Assembly: GCA_003482855.1 (NCBI GenBank)
Contig: DMXO01000006.1
Coordinates: forward strand, 15,052 to 79,051
Length of the DNA: 64,000 bases
DNA from: Candidatus Magasanikiibacteriota bacterium
GTDB lineage: Bacteria; Patescibacteriota; Patescibacteriia; Magasanikbacterales; UBA922
Direction: 5' to 3'
Both the position numbers and the translations under genes were made by a program. The notes beneath the pieces were generated by a model. The model saw only the letters and a program-made list of their open reading frames with translations. It searched no databases and had not been told where the DNA came from. Below, piece after piece: positions 47,585 to 57,171 of the stretch (position 1 is the first letter of the stretch; the number at the start of each line of letters is the position of its first letter).

Positions 47585-47670
47585 TTTTTTCTTCCGTGTT
47601 GTGACCCACCACTGTATATGGCACCATGTCTAGAAGTGGACGTCAATAATAAGCCTGTGGATAAATAGTA

Positions 47671-47964
47671 CTAATTTAGTATGAATATTAATGCGGTGAT
47701 TTGAAGAGACAAAATAATAGCTAAAATAAGCTGAAAAGACAATTTTTTAGTTTTATGTCTGAAAATATTCATAGCAATGAGTGCACCAACAGAGCCACCT
47801 ACAAGTGCGAGTGTCCAGAGTATTTTTTCACTTATGCGTCTATGTCCTGATATTGCTTTCATTTTATCCACCCCATAAAAAAAGAACGCGATTAGGTTGA
47901 CTATGATCGCGTATCCGACAATGAGTTGTTTTTGAAATGAAAACATGAAAAACCATTCAAACAT
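47671..47964 (-). CDS. DUF1294-family small membrane protein
   Basis: 97 aa with three TM helices; FFYGVDKMKAISGHRRISEKILWTLALVGGSVGALIAMNIFRHKTKK is typical of DUF1294. Confidence 0.55.
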   Translation of the reverse strand: MFEWFFMFSFQKQLIVGYAIIVNLIAFFFYGVDKMKAISGHRRISEKILWTLALVGGSVGALIAMNIFRHKTKKLSFQLILAIILSLQITALIFILN

Positions 47965-47973
47965 ATCTGGTAT

Positions 47974-48519
47974 TTACATCTCTTGTCCTTGATGGAATCG
48001 CCTATCTTCATCAGCAAGTTTGATGAGTTGTTCCCGAATAAAATTTGGATCGGGGATATCTCTGAAGACAACCGTAGATGTCGAAGATGCTGTTTTTATC
48101 GAGACATCACCATATCGAAAAATAGTGGAAAAAACACCTTGAACATTCGTTGTCACATCCTGGATGCGGAAAAGATCAAGCTCAGTGATTGTTCGACTAA
48201 ATAAACTATGTTGTTCGATGTCTATAATGCGATCATTGGTAACAATCCACATGTCCAGATAGAAATCAATAAACCACATGTAGAAAAATAGATAGGTAGA
48301 CAAGTAGTATATGCTTGCCATGACTACGGCGAGTGGATAAAAAGGAAAATTTTCAAGAAGAGAAGGGAAGAGATTATCTACAAGAAAATAAACGATTACG
48401 GGGATAGACAGGAGGACGATAAATAAAATGATAGTAGGTATAAATGTCAAAGGGTGTCTATGTAATATATGCAGGACTTTTTCGTAGGATTTTTGTTTTA
48501 TGATTTCTGAAACATTCAT
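47974..48519 (-). CDS. Bacterial PH-domain (bPH_2 / YdbT-like) membrane protein
   Basis: Two N-terminal TM helices then a roughly 80-aa domain (DRIIDIEQHSLFSRTITELDLFRIQDVTTNVQGVFSTIFRYGDVSI) resembling bPH. Confidence 0.55.
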   Translation of the reverse strand: MNVSEIIKQKSYEKVLHILHRHPLTFIPTIILFIVLLSIPVIVYFLVDNLFPSLLENFPFYPLAVVMASIYYLSTYLFFYMWFIDFYLDMWIVTNDRIIDIEQHSLFSRTITELDLFRIQDVTTNVQGVFSTIFRYGDVSIKTASSTSTVVFRDIPDPNFIREQLIKLADEDRRFHQGQEM

Positions 48520-48525
48520 ATATAT

Positions 48526-48771
48526 TTATTGGAACCATTCTATATTAAATAGAATGACTTGCTGTTGCCAATTGATAGGGGCGAGGAGCTGCCACGTGAA
48601 GTAGAGAGTAAGTATTGTAAGTACAAATACCATGAAGCTAATAATAAAACTCGCAAATGTAAAGGAACCAGTTACGACAACATGGTAAAAATTAATAATA
48701 GAAAAAATGAGGAATATACACAAGAATATGAGATACACGAAGAGAAATATGTAGAGAGGGATGCTAATCAC
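48526..48771 (-). CDS. Small hydrophobic protein (81 aa, 2-3 TM)
   Basis: ORF only; highly hydrophobic and may be spurious. Confidence 0.35.
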   Translation of the reverse strand: MISIPLYIFLFVYLIFLCIFLIFSIINFYHVVVTGSFTFASFIISFMVFVLTILTLYFTWQLLAPINWQQQVILFNIEWFQ

Positions 48772-48834
48772 AATTTTTAATTTAGGATTTCAAATTTTAT
48801 GATGTAAAATTGTTTCGGAATTCAAATTTTGAAT

Positions 48835-49893
48835 TTACAATAATCCTTCTTGGTTAGTCCATTTTTTCCCAAGGTGTTCATATGCTTTTTTTGTAGCTTT
48901 GCGTCCTCTTGGGGTTCGTTCTATCATACCTATCTGCATGAGATATGGTTCATATATTGTCTCTATAGTATCCATTTCTTCTGCCACAGCAGCGGCAAGT
49001 GTATTGAGACCTACCGGGCCTCCATTGAACTGTCCGGTGATGGTATCAAGAATTTTTCTGTCTACTTCATCCAGTCCATGAATATCTATGTTGAGTAAAT
49101 TGAGAGCATCTTTGGCAATATCATGAGATATTATACCATCATGGCGTACCTCTGCATAATCACGTACGCGTTTGAGGAGTCTATTGGCAACGCGTGGTGT
49201 TTTTCGTGCTCTTGTGGAGATAGTAGTAGCTGCATCTTTGTGAATTTCTACGTTTAGGATTTTTGCATTGCGATGTATGATTGTCTCTATATCGTTGTGT
49301 TCATAAAAGTTCAGGTGATACACATGTCCAAAACGGTCACGAAGGGGAGAAGATAATAAATTTAATTTTGTTGTGGCTCCTATGAGCGTAAATTTTTCTA
49401 GTGGCATACGGAGTGTGCGAGCCGCGGGCCCTTTGCCTATGATAATATCAAGGGCATAGTCCTCCATGGCACTATAGAGAGTTTCCTCAACTGTTTTGTT
49501 GAGACGGTGTATTTCATCGATGAACAAGATATCTCCCTGCTCAAGATTAGTCAGAATGGCTGCCAAATCTCCGACTCGTTCGAGGGCAGGACCTGAGGTT
49601 ACCTTTATGTTAACCCCCATCTCATGGGCAATGATGTGGGCAAGTGTAGTCTTGCCAAGACCAGGATTGCCATATAGCAAGATATGTTCAATAGGTTCAT
49701 TTCGTTTCTTAGATGCTTCTATAGATATGGTGAGAGGCTCTTTGATATGTGTTTGTCCTACGAAATCATGTAAATGTTGTGGCCTGAGGGTAATCTCTAT
49801 CTGTTTTTCCTCGACGCCTTCATCAGATGATACGCTGGGGTCTACTAGGCGTGGTTTTAGATTTTCGTCAAGGTTATATATTTCTTCATGCAT
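48835..49893 (-). CDS. ruvB: Holliday junction branch-migration ATPase RuvB
   Basis: [19 protein letters not shown], Walker [12 protein letters not shown], Walker [11 protein letters not shown], sensor and winged-helix C-terminus. The ORF is open to 49983, and the 30-aa extension is probably not translated. Confidence 0.95.
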   Translation of the reverse strand: MHEEIYNLDENLKPRLVDPSVSSDEGVEEKQIEITLRPQHLHDFVGQTHIKEPLTISIEASKKRNEPIEHILLYGNPGLGKTTLAHIIAHEMGVNIKVTSGPALERVGDLAAILTNLEQGDILFIDEIHRLNKTVEETLYSAMEDYALDIIIGKGPAARTLRMPLEKFTLIGATTKLNLLSSPLRDRFGHVYHLNFYEHNDIETIIHRNAKILNVEIHKDAATTISTRARKTPRVANRLLKRVRDYAEVRHDGIISHDIAKDALNLLNIDIHGLDEVDRKILDTITGQFNGGPVGLNTLAAAVAEEMDTIETIYEPYLMQIGMIERTPRGRKATKKAYEHLGKKWTNQEGLL

Positions 49894-50080
49894 AGGATTT
49901 TGCAGTATATATCGCTTTGTTTCTTTGGAAAGTATTGTACGTGATTTTGTTATATTAATCAATTTTGCACAGCTTGTAGACATATATTGTAGACGTCATG
50001 TGGATAAGTTAGTATACCAATGTAGTAGCCATTTGTTTTGGAGCTATATGAAGCAAAAAACGTAGTGTCGTATAAATAGT

Positions 50081-50107
50081 TTACCCGTGCATAGCGCTGT
50101 GCTATAA
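50081..50107 (+). promoter_or_regulatory. sigma70-like promoter TTTACC-17-TATAAT upstream of nrdJ
   Basis: tttacccgtgcatagcgctgtgctataat. Confidence 0.5.
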
Positions 50108-50126
50108 TAGCTAATGCCTGTCCATT

Positions 50127-50174
50127 ACACTATATATTGTGCTCAAAAATTAAATAAAATACTATATATTGTGG
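50127..50174 (+). promoter_or_regulatory. Two tandem NrdR-box-like 16-bp palindromes spaced 32 bp centre to centre
   Basis: acactatatattgtgc (50127-50142) and atactatatattgtgg (50159-50174) match the NrdR box consensus acaCwAtATaTwGtgt. Spacing of about three helical turns is typical of NrdR operators, and they sit just downstream of the -10 element. Confidence 0.65.
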
Positions 50175-50365
50175 CACCAAAAAAGCGTCTTGATACCGGG
50201 GACGTTCTTTTTATCTCAGCTGACCAAAAGGAATATTGAGAAAAATTGGAGAAAATTATATATTCTCCCATGCTCTTAATTTTTCTTTTCTCATATTGTA
50301 TGGGACCTATTGATTCAAAACTTGTCTCCAAAATAAAACTGGGGCAAGAGACAGATATTTCTTTT

Positions 50366-53300
50366 ATGTATCCCGAAGACGGTCTTCGTATTAAGCGTAT
50401 TTTTAGCGTCGATGGGGTTAATCCATTCGACATGGTTGAGTACGAGAAGCGTACTTCTGTTATTCGCGAACCTGACGGGACGGTTGTCTTTGAAATGAAA
50501 GATATAGAAATACCAAGACAATGGTCTCAGGTAGCGACAGACATTATTGCCCAAAAATATTTTCGGAAAACAGGCGTACCTCAATATAATCCAGACGGTA
50601 CACAGAAGCTTAATGCTGATGGCTCTCCTATGCTTGGAGCCGAAACAAGCGTGAAGCAAACCGTGCATCGTCTGGCAGGCACATGGCGCTATTGGGCAGA
50701 AAAATATGGTTATTTTGCGAGTGAAGATGACGCACAAATTTTTTATGAAGAGCTTGTTGTCATGCTTTTGCGACAAATGGCTGCCCCTAATTCACCTCAA
50801 TGGTTCAATACTGGTCTTAATTGGGCGTATGGTATCAATAGTGAAGCACAAGGGCATTATTATGTAAATCCAGACACAGGAGCCATGACTAAGGCAAAAG
50901 ATGCTTATTCTCATCCTCAACCCCATGCGTGCTTCATACAATCTATCAAAGATGATCTCGTCAATGAGGGAGGTATCATGGATTTGTGGGTGCGTGAAGC
51001 ACGGTTATTCAAATATGGGTCGGGGACAGGAACCAACTTTTCCTCGCTTCGTGGAGCGGGTGAGCCTTTGTCTGGCGGTGGCAAGTCATCCGGGCTTATG
51101 AGTTGGCTTCGTATTGGAGATAGAGCTGCAGGAGCTATCAAATCTGGTGGGACGACAAGGCGTGCGGCAAAAATGGTTACTCTTGACTTGGATCATCCAG
51201 ACATTGAATTATTTATTGATTGGAAAGTAAAAGAAGAAAAAAAAGTTGCAGCTCTTATAGCTGCTGGGTATCCAAGTGACTATGAAGGAGAAGCATACTC
51301 CACTGTGTCAGGACAAAATTCAAACAACTCTGTGCGCGTGCCACACAAATTTATGGAATCTCTTGAACATGATGGTACGTGGAATCTCACTTGGCGTACA
51401 GATGGGAGTGCATGCAAGACACTTAAATCACGTTATTTGTGGGACAAAATTGCATATGCTGCATGGGCATGCGCTGATCCGGGTATACAATATGATGGTA
51501 CTATAAATGAATGGCACACATGTCCGCAGTCCGGCAAAATAAATGCATCAAATCCATGTTCTGAATATATGTTTTTGGATAACACTGCATGCAATCTTGC
51601 TTCGCTCAATTTGGCTCATTTTTATAATCAACAGGCCCACGAATTTGAAGTAAGTAATTTCAAACATGCAGTACGTGTATGGACGATTGTACTCGAGACA
51701 AGCGTGCTTATGGCACAATTCCCAAGTAAAGAGATTGCCCAAGGGAGTTATGATTTTCGTACACTGGGTCTTGGATATGCCAACATTGGTTCTGTACTCA
51801 TGACAGCAGGTATCCCCTATGAATCAGAAGAGGCCTATGCATTTGCAGGGTCTGTTACAGCACTTATGACCGCAGAAAGTTACAAGGCCAGTGCAGAGAT
51901 GTCACGCCTTCTTGGACCTTTTCCAAAATTTGAATTCAATAGAAAAGATATGTTGCGGGTTATGAGAAATCATAGGCGAGCTGCTTTCAATGCTCCTATA
52001 CATGAATATGAAAAACTCGATGTTATACCTGTGTCAATAAATCCTCAATATGCTCCTGCATATCTCATTGCTGCAGCTCGAGAAAGTTGGAATGAAGCTG
52101 TAGAAATGGGTGAACAATATGGCTATAGAAATGCCCAGACAACACTTCTTGCTCCCACTGGGACGATTGGTCTTCTCATGGATTGCGCAACGACTGGTGT
52201 AGAGCCAGATTTTGCTCTTGTTAAGTTCAAGAAATTGGCTGGTGGAGGTTATTTCCGTATTGTGAATGAAGCAGTACCTTCTGCACTTAAAAATCTGGGT
52301 TATTCTGATGATCAAGTTGTTGATATTCTCAATTATATGCGTGGTACAGCCGATATCATGCACGCACCTTATATTAATGCGCAGAGTCTCAAAGAAAAGG
52401 GATTTACTGATGAGGATTTGAAACAAGTGAATAAAGCTCTTGAAGGTGCATTTGAGATAAAATTTGTTTTTAATGTGTGGTCCCTTGGTGAAGATGTGAT
52501 GAAACGTTCAGGGTTTACTGCAGAAGAATATAATGATCCCAATTTCAACATGCTCAAGGGACTTGAATTTAGCGGTGAGCAGATAGATGTTGCGAATGAA
52601 TATGTGTGTGGTACGATGACTATAGAGGGTGCTCCTCATTTGAAGCCCGAGCATTATCCTGTCTTTGACACAGCAAACAAAAATGGCAGAAAGGGAAATA
52701 GATTTATTCATTATCTTGGGCATGTGAAGATGATGGCCGCGGTGCAACCATTTTTGTCAGGTGCAATCAGCAAGACTATCAATATGCCTCATGAGGCAAC
52801 AGTCGAGGATATAAAGCACGCATATGGGGAATCATGGAGACTTGGTCTCAAAGCAGTCGCTTTATATCGTGATGGATGCAAATTAAGTCAGCCATTATCT
52901 ACTAAGTCAAAAAGTAGTACTGAAGAAAAGGAAGAAAAAGTTGAGTTGAAGATTGAAGAAAAAATTATAGAAAAACACACAGAAGAAGTTTTGCAAATTT
53001 CCAAGATGGTACATGCTGACGAAATGGATGATGCCATATTTCAGGCGAGTCAAATTTTGAGCCAACATGCAGGTATTCGTACACCAATGGAATCATACAC
53101 CAAGGATGGCGAGGTAGCGGAACGACGCGTATATCTCCATGGTGAGAAACGAAGACTTCCAGCCAAACGTAGTGGTATCACCGTCGCAGCAAAAGTTGGC
53201 AACCAGCAAATTTGGTTGCGAACCGGTGAGTATCCAAATGGCCAGTTGGCAGAAATATTTGTCGACATGTACAAAGAGGGAGCTGCGGTGCGGAGTCTTC

Positions 53301-53809
53301 TCAATATGTTTGCGATTTCTGTATCTATGGGGCTTCAATATGGAGTACCACTTGAGAAATATGTAGAAAATTTTGTTTTCACCCGTTTTGAACCAAGCGG
53401 ATTTACTGATCATCCAAATATTAAGAACTGTACTTCGATTATAGATTTCGTGTTTCGCGTGCTTGGTATGGAATATTTAGGACGCACTGACTTCGTACAA
53501 GTCCCACCCAAAGGAATTCAAAAAAAGAAGTTTGAAAACCTAGCTAAAATTGCAGAAAGTAAGGCAGCCCAAGAGACAATGAATTTGGATACGACTACAG
53601 TGACTGAAATTATTGAAATATCTGAACATACAAATCAGGCACCATTACCTACTCTTGAAAAAGAAGAAGCGCTTGCCAATGCGTCAGATGCTGCACTTGC
53701 GAATATGATGGGAGACGCACCAGCATGTCCGACGTGTGGACATATTACCGTACGGAATGGTAGTTGTTACAAGTGTTTGAATTGTGGGGATAGCTTGGGG
53801 TGTAGCTAA
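50366..53809 (+). CDS. nrdJ: Class II (adenosylcobalamin-dependent) ribonucleotide reductase NrdJ with C-terminal zinc ribbon
   Basis: MYPEDGLRIKRIFSVDGVNPFDMVEYEKR N-terminus, an RNR ten-stranded barrel core (…NPCSEY…, …TGTIGLLMDC…), a C-terminal CPTCGHITVRNGSCYKCLNCG zinc ribbon and no NrdB partner. The ORF is open from 50246. Confidence 0.9.
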   Translation: MYPEDGLRIKRIFSVDGVNPFDMVEYEKRTSVIREPDGTVVFEMKDIEIPRQWSQVATDIIAQKYFRKTGVPQYNPDGTQKLNADGSPMLGAETSVKQTVHRLAGTWRYWAEKYGYFASEDDAQIFYEELVVMLLRQMAAPNSPQWFNTGLNWAYGINSEAQGHYYVNPDTGAMTKAKDAYSHPQPHACFIQSIKDDLVNEGGIMDLWVREARLFKYGSGTGTNFSSLRGAGEPLSGGGKSSGLMSWLRIGDRAAGAIKSGGTTRRAAKMVTLDLDHPDIELFIDWKVKEEKKVAALIAAGYPSDYEGEAYSTVSGQNSNNSVRVPHKFMESLEHDGTWNLTWRTDGSACKTLKSRYLWDKIAYAAWACADPGIQYDGTINEWHTCPQSGKINASNPCSEYMFLDNTACNLASLNLAHFYNQQAHEFEVSNFKHAVRVWTIVLETSVLMAQFPSKEIAQGSYDFRTLGLGYANIGSVLMTAGIPYESEEAYAFAGSVTALMTAESYKASAEMSRLLGPFPKFEFNRKDMLRVMRNHRRAAFNAPIHEYEKLDVIPVSINPQYAPAYLIAAARESWNEAVEMGEQYGYRNAQTTLLAPTGTIGLLMDCATTGVEPDFALVKFKKLAGGGYFRIVNEAVPSALKNLGYSDDQVVDILNYMRGTADIMHAPYINAQSLKEKGFTDEDLKQVNKALEGAFEIKFVFNVWSLGEDVMKRSGFTAEEYNDPNFNMLKGLEFSGEQIDVANEYVCGTMTIEGAPHLKPEHYPVFDTANKNGRKGNRFIHYLGHVKMMAAVQPFLSGAISKTINMPHEATVEDIKHAYGESWRLGLKAVALYRDGCKLSQPLSTKSKSSTEEKEEKVELKIEEKIIEKHTEEVLQISKMVHADEMDDAIFQASQILSQHAGIRTPMESYTKDGEVAERRVYLHGEKRRLPAKRSGITVAAKVGNQQIWLRTGEYPNGQLAEIFVDMYKEGAAVRSLLNMFAISVSMGLQYGVPLEKYVENFVFTRFEPSGFTDHPNIKNCTSIIDFVFRVLGMEYLGRTDFVQVPPKGIQKKKFENLAKIAESKAAQETMNLDTTTVTEIIEISEHTNQAPLPTLEKEEALANASDAALANMMGDAPACPTCGHITVRNGSCYKCLNCGDSLGCS

Positions 53810-53836
53810 AATATAAAATTACGAACTATAAAAATA

Positions 53837-53862
53837 AAACCCGCAATAAAGTGGGTTTTATT
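53837..53862 (+). terminator. Rho-independent terminator after nrdJ
   Basis: aaacccgcaataaagtgggttttattt. Confidence 0.6.
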
Positions 53863-53954
53863 TATCTATAAATTAGTAGAGTAAAATATTTATATTGAAT
53901 GTATTCTATATTTATTATATGCTATATATCATATAATAATACTGCATGTTTTAT

Positions 53955-54509
53955 ATGCCAAAACTTTATACCAAAACCGGCGACAAAGGGGATACATCTC
54001 TTCTCGGCGGGAAACGCGTACGCAAAAGTTGTATTGAAATGGGAGCAATTGGAGAAATTGATGAGCTCAATTCATCGCTTGGAGTTCTTATTGCTGAACT
54101 AAGAGAAGAAAAAATGGCAAAGAATGCTGTGTCCAAATTGATTGCCATACAACGCAAGCTTTTTACTATTGGCGCGCAAGTTGCGTCAGTCCAGACAACA
54201 CTCACAAAAGTTCCTCGGTTATCCAGACGAGATGTCAGTGTGCTTGAAAAGTGGGTAGATACAATGGATACAAAACTTCCTCGATTAACTGCTTTTATTT
54301 TACCTGGAGGGACAGAAGAAGCAGCGCTTGCGTTTCATGCGCGGGCAATTTGCCGTAGAGCAGAACGAAATTTAGTGAAATTGAGCGATCACTACGATCT
54401 GCCTATAGTTTTAATTCAGTATTTAAACAGATTAAGTGATGCCTTATTTGCGTTGGGGAGATGGATAAATAAAAAAGAGGGAATGAAAGAATTGAAATGG
54501 AAGAAGTAG
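53955..54509 (+). CDS. pduO: PduO-type ATP:cob(I)alamin adenosyltransferase
   Basis: MPKLYTKTGDKGDTSLLGGKRV...RAICRRAER is the PduO/MMAB N-terminal signature (IYTxTGDxGxTSL). The ORF is open from 53946. Confidence 0.85.
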   Translation: MPKLYTKTGDKGDTSLLGGKRVRKSCIEMGAIGEIDELNSSLGVLIAELREEKMAKNAVSKLIAIQRKLFTIGAQVASVQTTLTKVPRLSRRDVSVLEKWVDTMDTKLPRLTAFILPGGTEEAALAFHARAICRRAERNLVKLSDHYDLPIVLIQYLNRLSDALFALGRWINKKEGMKELKWKK

Positions 54510-54536
54510 GTATATAACTAAATGTATCTTTAATAT

Positions 54537-54575
54537 AAAGACCGTCTTTCATATGAGAAAGGCGGTCTTTTATGA
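54537..54575 (+). terminator. Strong rho-independent terminator
   Basis: aaagaccgtctttcatatgagaaaggcggtcttttatg has 14-nt arms with one mismatch. Confidence 0.8.
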
Positions 54576-54872
54576 TGATGCGGTCTTCATTAGCCTAAAG
54601 TTAAAAAGTGATACAGCATTTTATTTTTGTGTTTGTCTTTACTCAGTTGTAAGGTTATTTTGTTGTCACATAGCTTTCACCTCCTTTGGGGTTTATATGG
54701 AGTTAGCGTACAGAAGATGTATAGTCTTCCTGATTTCATTATGTTTCAGTATGGATTTGGTGTCAAGCAACAATTTTCGGTTTCTGTGGAGAATAGGTGG
54801 ATGAACAGGGGATAAGACTGTCTGTATTGATTTTCCGCCTTATATATGATATATTTTTTACGTTTTGTATAT

Positions 54873-54956
54873 GTCGCGGTGGTGAAACTGGTATACACGA
54901 GGGACTTAAAATCCCTTTCCCGTAAGGGAGTGCGGGTTCGATTCCCGCCCGCGGCA
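54873..54956 (+). tRNA. tRNA-Leu (TAA), long variable arm
   Basis: GTCGCGGTGGTGAAACTGGTATACACGAGGGACTTAAAATCCCTTTCCCGTAAGGGAGTGCGGGTTCGATTCCCGCCCGCGGCA. Anticodon loop CUUAAAA. Terminator hairpin aaatagacgctcagtcagcgtctattttt at 54993-55025. Confidence 0.8.
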
Positions 54957-55210
54957 CTGACGAGATTTATCATGATTGCATCAAAATATCATAATCTAAA
55001 AATAGACGCTCAGTCAGCGTCTATTTTTATATACATCCCTTTCAGTATTTTTTTTGCAAAAATATTCAAGGGGATGGTGCAGGTGGGTGCCGTTCCTCAC
55101 AAGACGGCATATGCACCGAACAGGCAACGTAACCGCGAAGTTAGAGCGTTCCGATACAGATAAGATCGAGAACGCCGCATAGCATACGGTTCAAGGAACT
55201 AACTGAACTG

Positions 55211-55708
55211 TCACTTCTTTCTACAAATGAGGAATTTGCTATTTGAGACGACATCCATGTCTCGTAAGCAAACCCCTCCCCGGTCTCCCAACCATCCGTA
55301 GATCGGGTAGCACGCAACGGCGTCCCTTCTTCTTTGCCATTGCGACCCGATACCCGCGAGGTCGTTTTTTTGCGGGTTTGCCACGATGTAGCGGCCTTGC
55401 GCCCAGAGCGAGGCCGGCTTATGTCCCAGCCTGAGGAACTCTGTGATAGCTTCTTGACCGCTGATGAGATTGCCGAATTGATACTCCTCGGCCTCATCCC
55501 CTGGGTCGTCTCCGAGTTGGAAATTGAATGAATTGAAATTCGAATCCCAAATACAGAGTCTTCCGAAAAAACGCCCCCATTTCTCTCCTTGTTCGGTCAG
55601 CCTCCACTTAAATTGGTTGAGAAACTCCTCTAACTCAGTTTGGCTGATCATCCCCGCATTGATCAACCTGTCAAGGAGGGCTCTCTGTGCTTCGGTGATT
55701 CCACTCAT
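55211..55708 (-). CDS. Compositionally foreign (GC-elevated) 165-aa hypothetical protein; weak SMI1/KNR4 (SUKH)-like impression
   Basis: MSGITEAQRALLDRLINAGMISQTELEEFLNQFKWRL... A sampled stretch is 55% GC. Lies between tRNA-Leu and the AI-2E gene terminator. Confidence 0.45.
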   Translation of the reverse strand: MSGITEAQRALLDRLINAGMISQTELEEFLNQFKWRLTEQGEKWGRFFGRLCIWDSNFNSFNFQLGDDPGDEAEEYQFGNLISGQEAITEFLRLGHKPASLWAQGRYIVANPQKNDLAGIGSQWQRRRDAVACYPIYGWLGDRGGVCLRDMDVVSNSKFLICRKK

Positions 55709-56016
55709 TTTGAACCTCTCTCACAGAAGGTAAGCCCAGTTCGTCGGCAGAATCGCCAACAAATGGACCCACACATAGGTAAAAGTCGACAATTTTTTAT
55801 ACCATAAATATTCCTCATTGTAAATATTGAAGGTTGGGATGAATTAGTTTTATCCACATGTCAGAAGATATTTGCGAAAAATGTCTATTTTAATTTTAGT
55901 TTGAGTGTATGCCTGGTTGTGTGACGAATCTGCAACGATACTCACACAATAGTCGTCTCTGAACCACGCAGTGTTTATATCTGTGTGCTTACTGGTATTG
56001 TTGGTAAATCAAAACC

Positions 56017-56046
56017 ACCCCGGGTACTCGGGGTGGTTGTTTACTT
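56017..56046. terminator. Strong hairpin terminator downstream of the AI-2E transporter gene
   Basis: aaccaccccgggtactcggggtggttgttt is a perfect 10-bp GC-rich stem. Confidence 0.7.
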
Positions 56047-56056
56047 GAATGCGTTT

Positions 56057-57127
56057 TTAATTGTCCGTAAGTTCTTTTTTGTAGCACTGTTCGTAGATAG
56101 ACATGATAGAAATATAGAGTGCTGCTATGACTGGGCCTATGACAAAACCAGAGATACCAAATAGTAAGAGCCCACCGAGTGTAGAAAAGAATGCAATGAG
56201 AGGGTGCATCTGTGTATCCTTGCCAATGAGCGGCGGACGTATAAAATTGTCTACAATGCTAATTACACCTGCTCCAACGATGAGAACAATACCTTGCCAT
56301 GTGTTTCCAAGAGCAAGCATAATGATGCCTGCTGGTATAACTATGATGGATGGGCCAACAGCAGGTATAATGGCGATAGCTACCATAATAACACCCCAGA
56401 TGAGGGCTCCCTCTATGCCTGTAATAAAAAATAGAATACCACTGAGTGTGCCTTGTATACTGCCAACGATTAATGTGCTTTTGAGAGTCGCGCGTGCAGT
56501 CGATGTAAAGCGTTCATAGAGAGACGATTCATTGTCACCCCCCAGAGGGGACAGATGCATGAGGCGTGATAGCATTTTTGCGCCATCTTTGAAAAAATAA
56601 TAGAGCGTGTAGAGCATGATACACGTCATGATCAAGAAATTGAGTGAATTTTGTGTAATACTTTTTATGCTGTTGAACACAAAAGAGCTAAGCCATTGTG
56701 CTACTTTTGTTGCGTATGTAGTCCAGTCATTGCGTATATTTTCTACATATGGAGCAAATGGTGTATGTTCTATCCATGAAGACACCTGTTGTGGGTTTTG
56801 GAATATGCCACTGCCCGTTACTTTGTTGTAAAGGTCTATAGATTCATTGACAAGCATGATGGACAAGAGAGACAAGGGAATGAATATGATAAGGATGACT
56901 AATAGTACTGTGGCAAATGAACTTAGTCGTGGTTTTTTTGTTTTTTGTAATATTTTTCGATATACCGGGTAAAAAATGATTGCTATAACTGATGCCCAGA
57001 AAATAGGGTATATAAATGGTCGCAATACATAGAGCATGGCAATAGACAGTAGTATGATGAGCCCAAAAAAGAATATTGAGCGCATTCTGCCGAAACTGAC
57101 TTTGTCTGTAGAATCACGTTTTTGCAT
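56057..57127 (-). CDS. AI-2E family transporter (PerM/YhhT, UPF0118)
   Basis: 356 aa and about 8 TM helices, with the characteristic GxxLxxPxxxxxF and C-terminal ...GFVIGPVIAALYISIM pattern. Confidence 0.8.
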   Translation of the reverse strand: MQKRDSTDKVSFGRMRSIFFFGLIILLSIAMLYVLRPFIYPIFWASVIAIIFYPVYRKILQKTKKPRLSSFATVLLVILIIFIPLSLLSIMLVNESIDLYNKVTGSGIFQNPQQVSSWIEHTPFAPYVENIRNDWTTYATKVAQWLSSFVFNSIKSITQNSLNFLIMTCIMLYTLYYFFKDGAKMLSRLMHLSPLGGDNESSLYERFTSTARATLKSTLIVGSIQGTLSGILFFITGIEGALIWGVIMVAIAIIPAVGPSIIVIPAGIIMLALGNTWQGIVLIVGAGVISIVDNFIRPPLIGKDTQMHPLIAFFSTLGGLLLFGISGFVIGPVIAALYISIMSIYEQCYKKELTDN

Positions 57128-57171
57128 ATTAGAAGTATTAAAATATATAGTTTAGTATAACATTATCGTAG

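Noticed and set aside
47117-47668. 183-aa plus-strand ORF in GC-rich islet 2
   Set aside because: Arg/Ala/Cys/Pro-rich with no domain signature. It is a high-GC open-frame artefact; the minus-strand zinc-ribbon ORF is more protein-like.
54553-54815. 83-aa and 62-aa ORFs between pduO and tRNA-Leu
   Set aside because: Low-complexity Cys/Phe-rich, no RBS, and the first overlaps a strong terminator; likely non-coding.
55846-55854. Isolated perfect DnaA box TTATCCACA in islet 3
   Set aside because: A single 9-mer with no partners or AT-rich DUE is likely chance.
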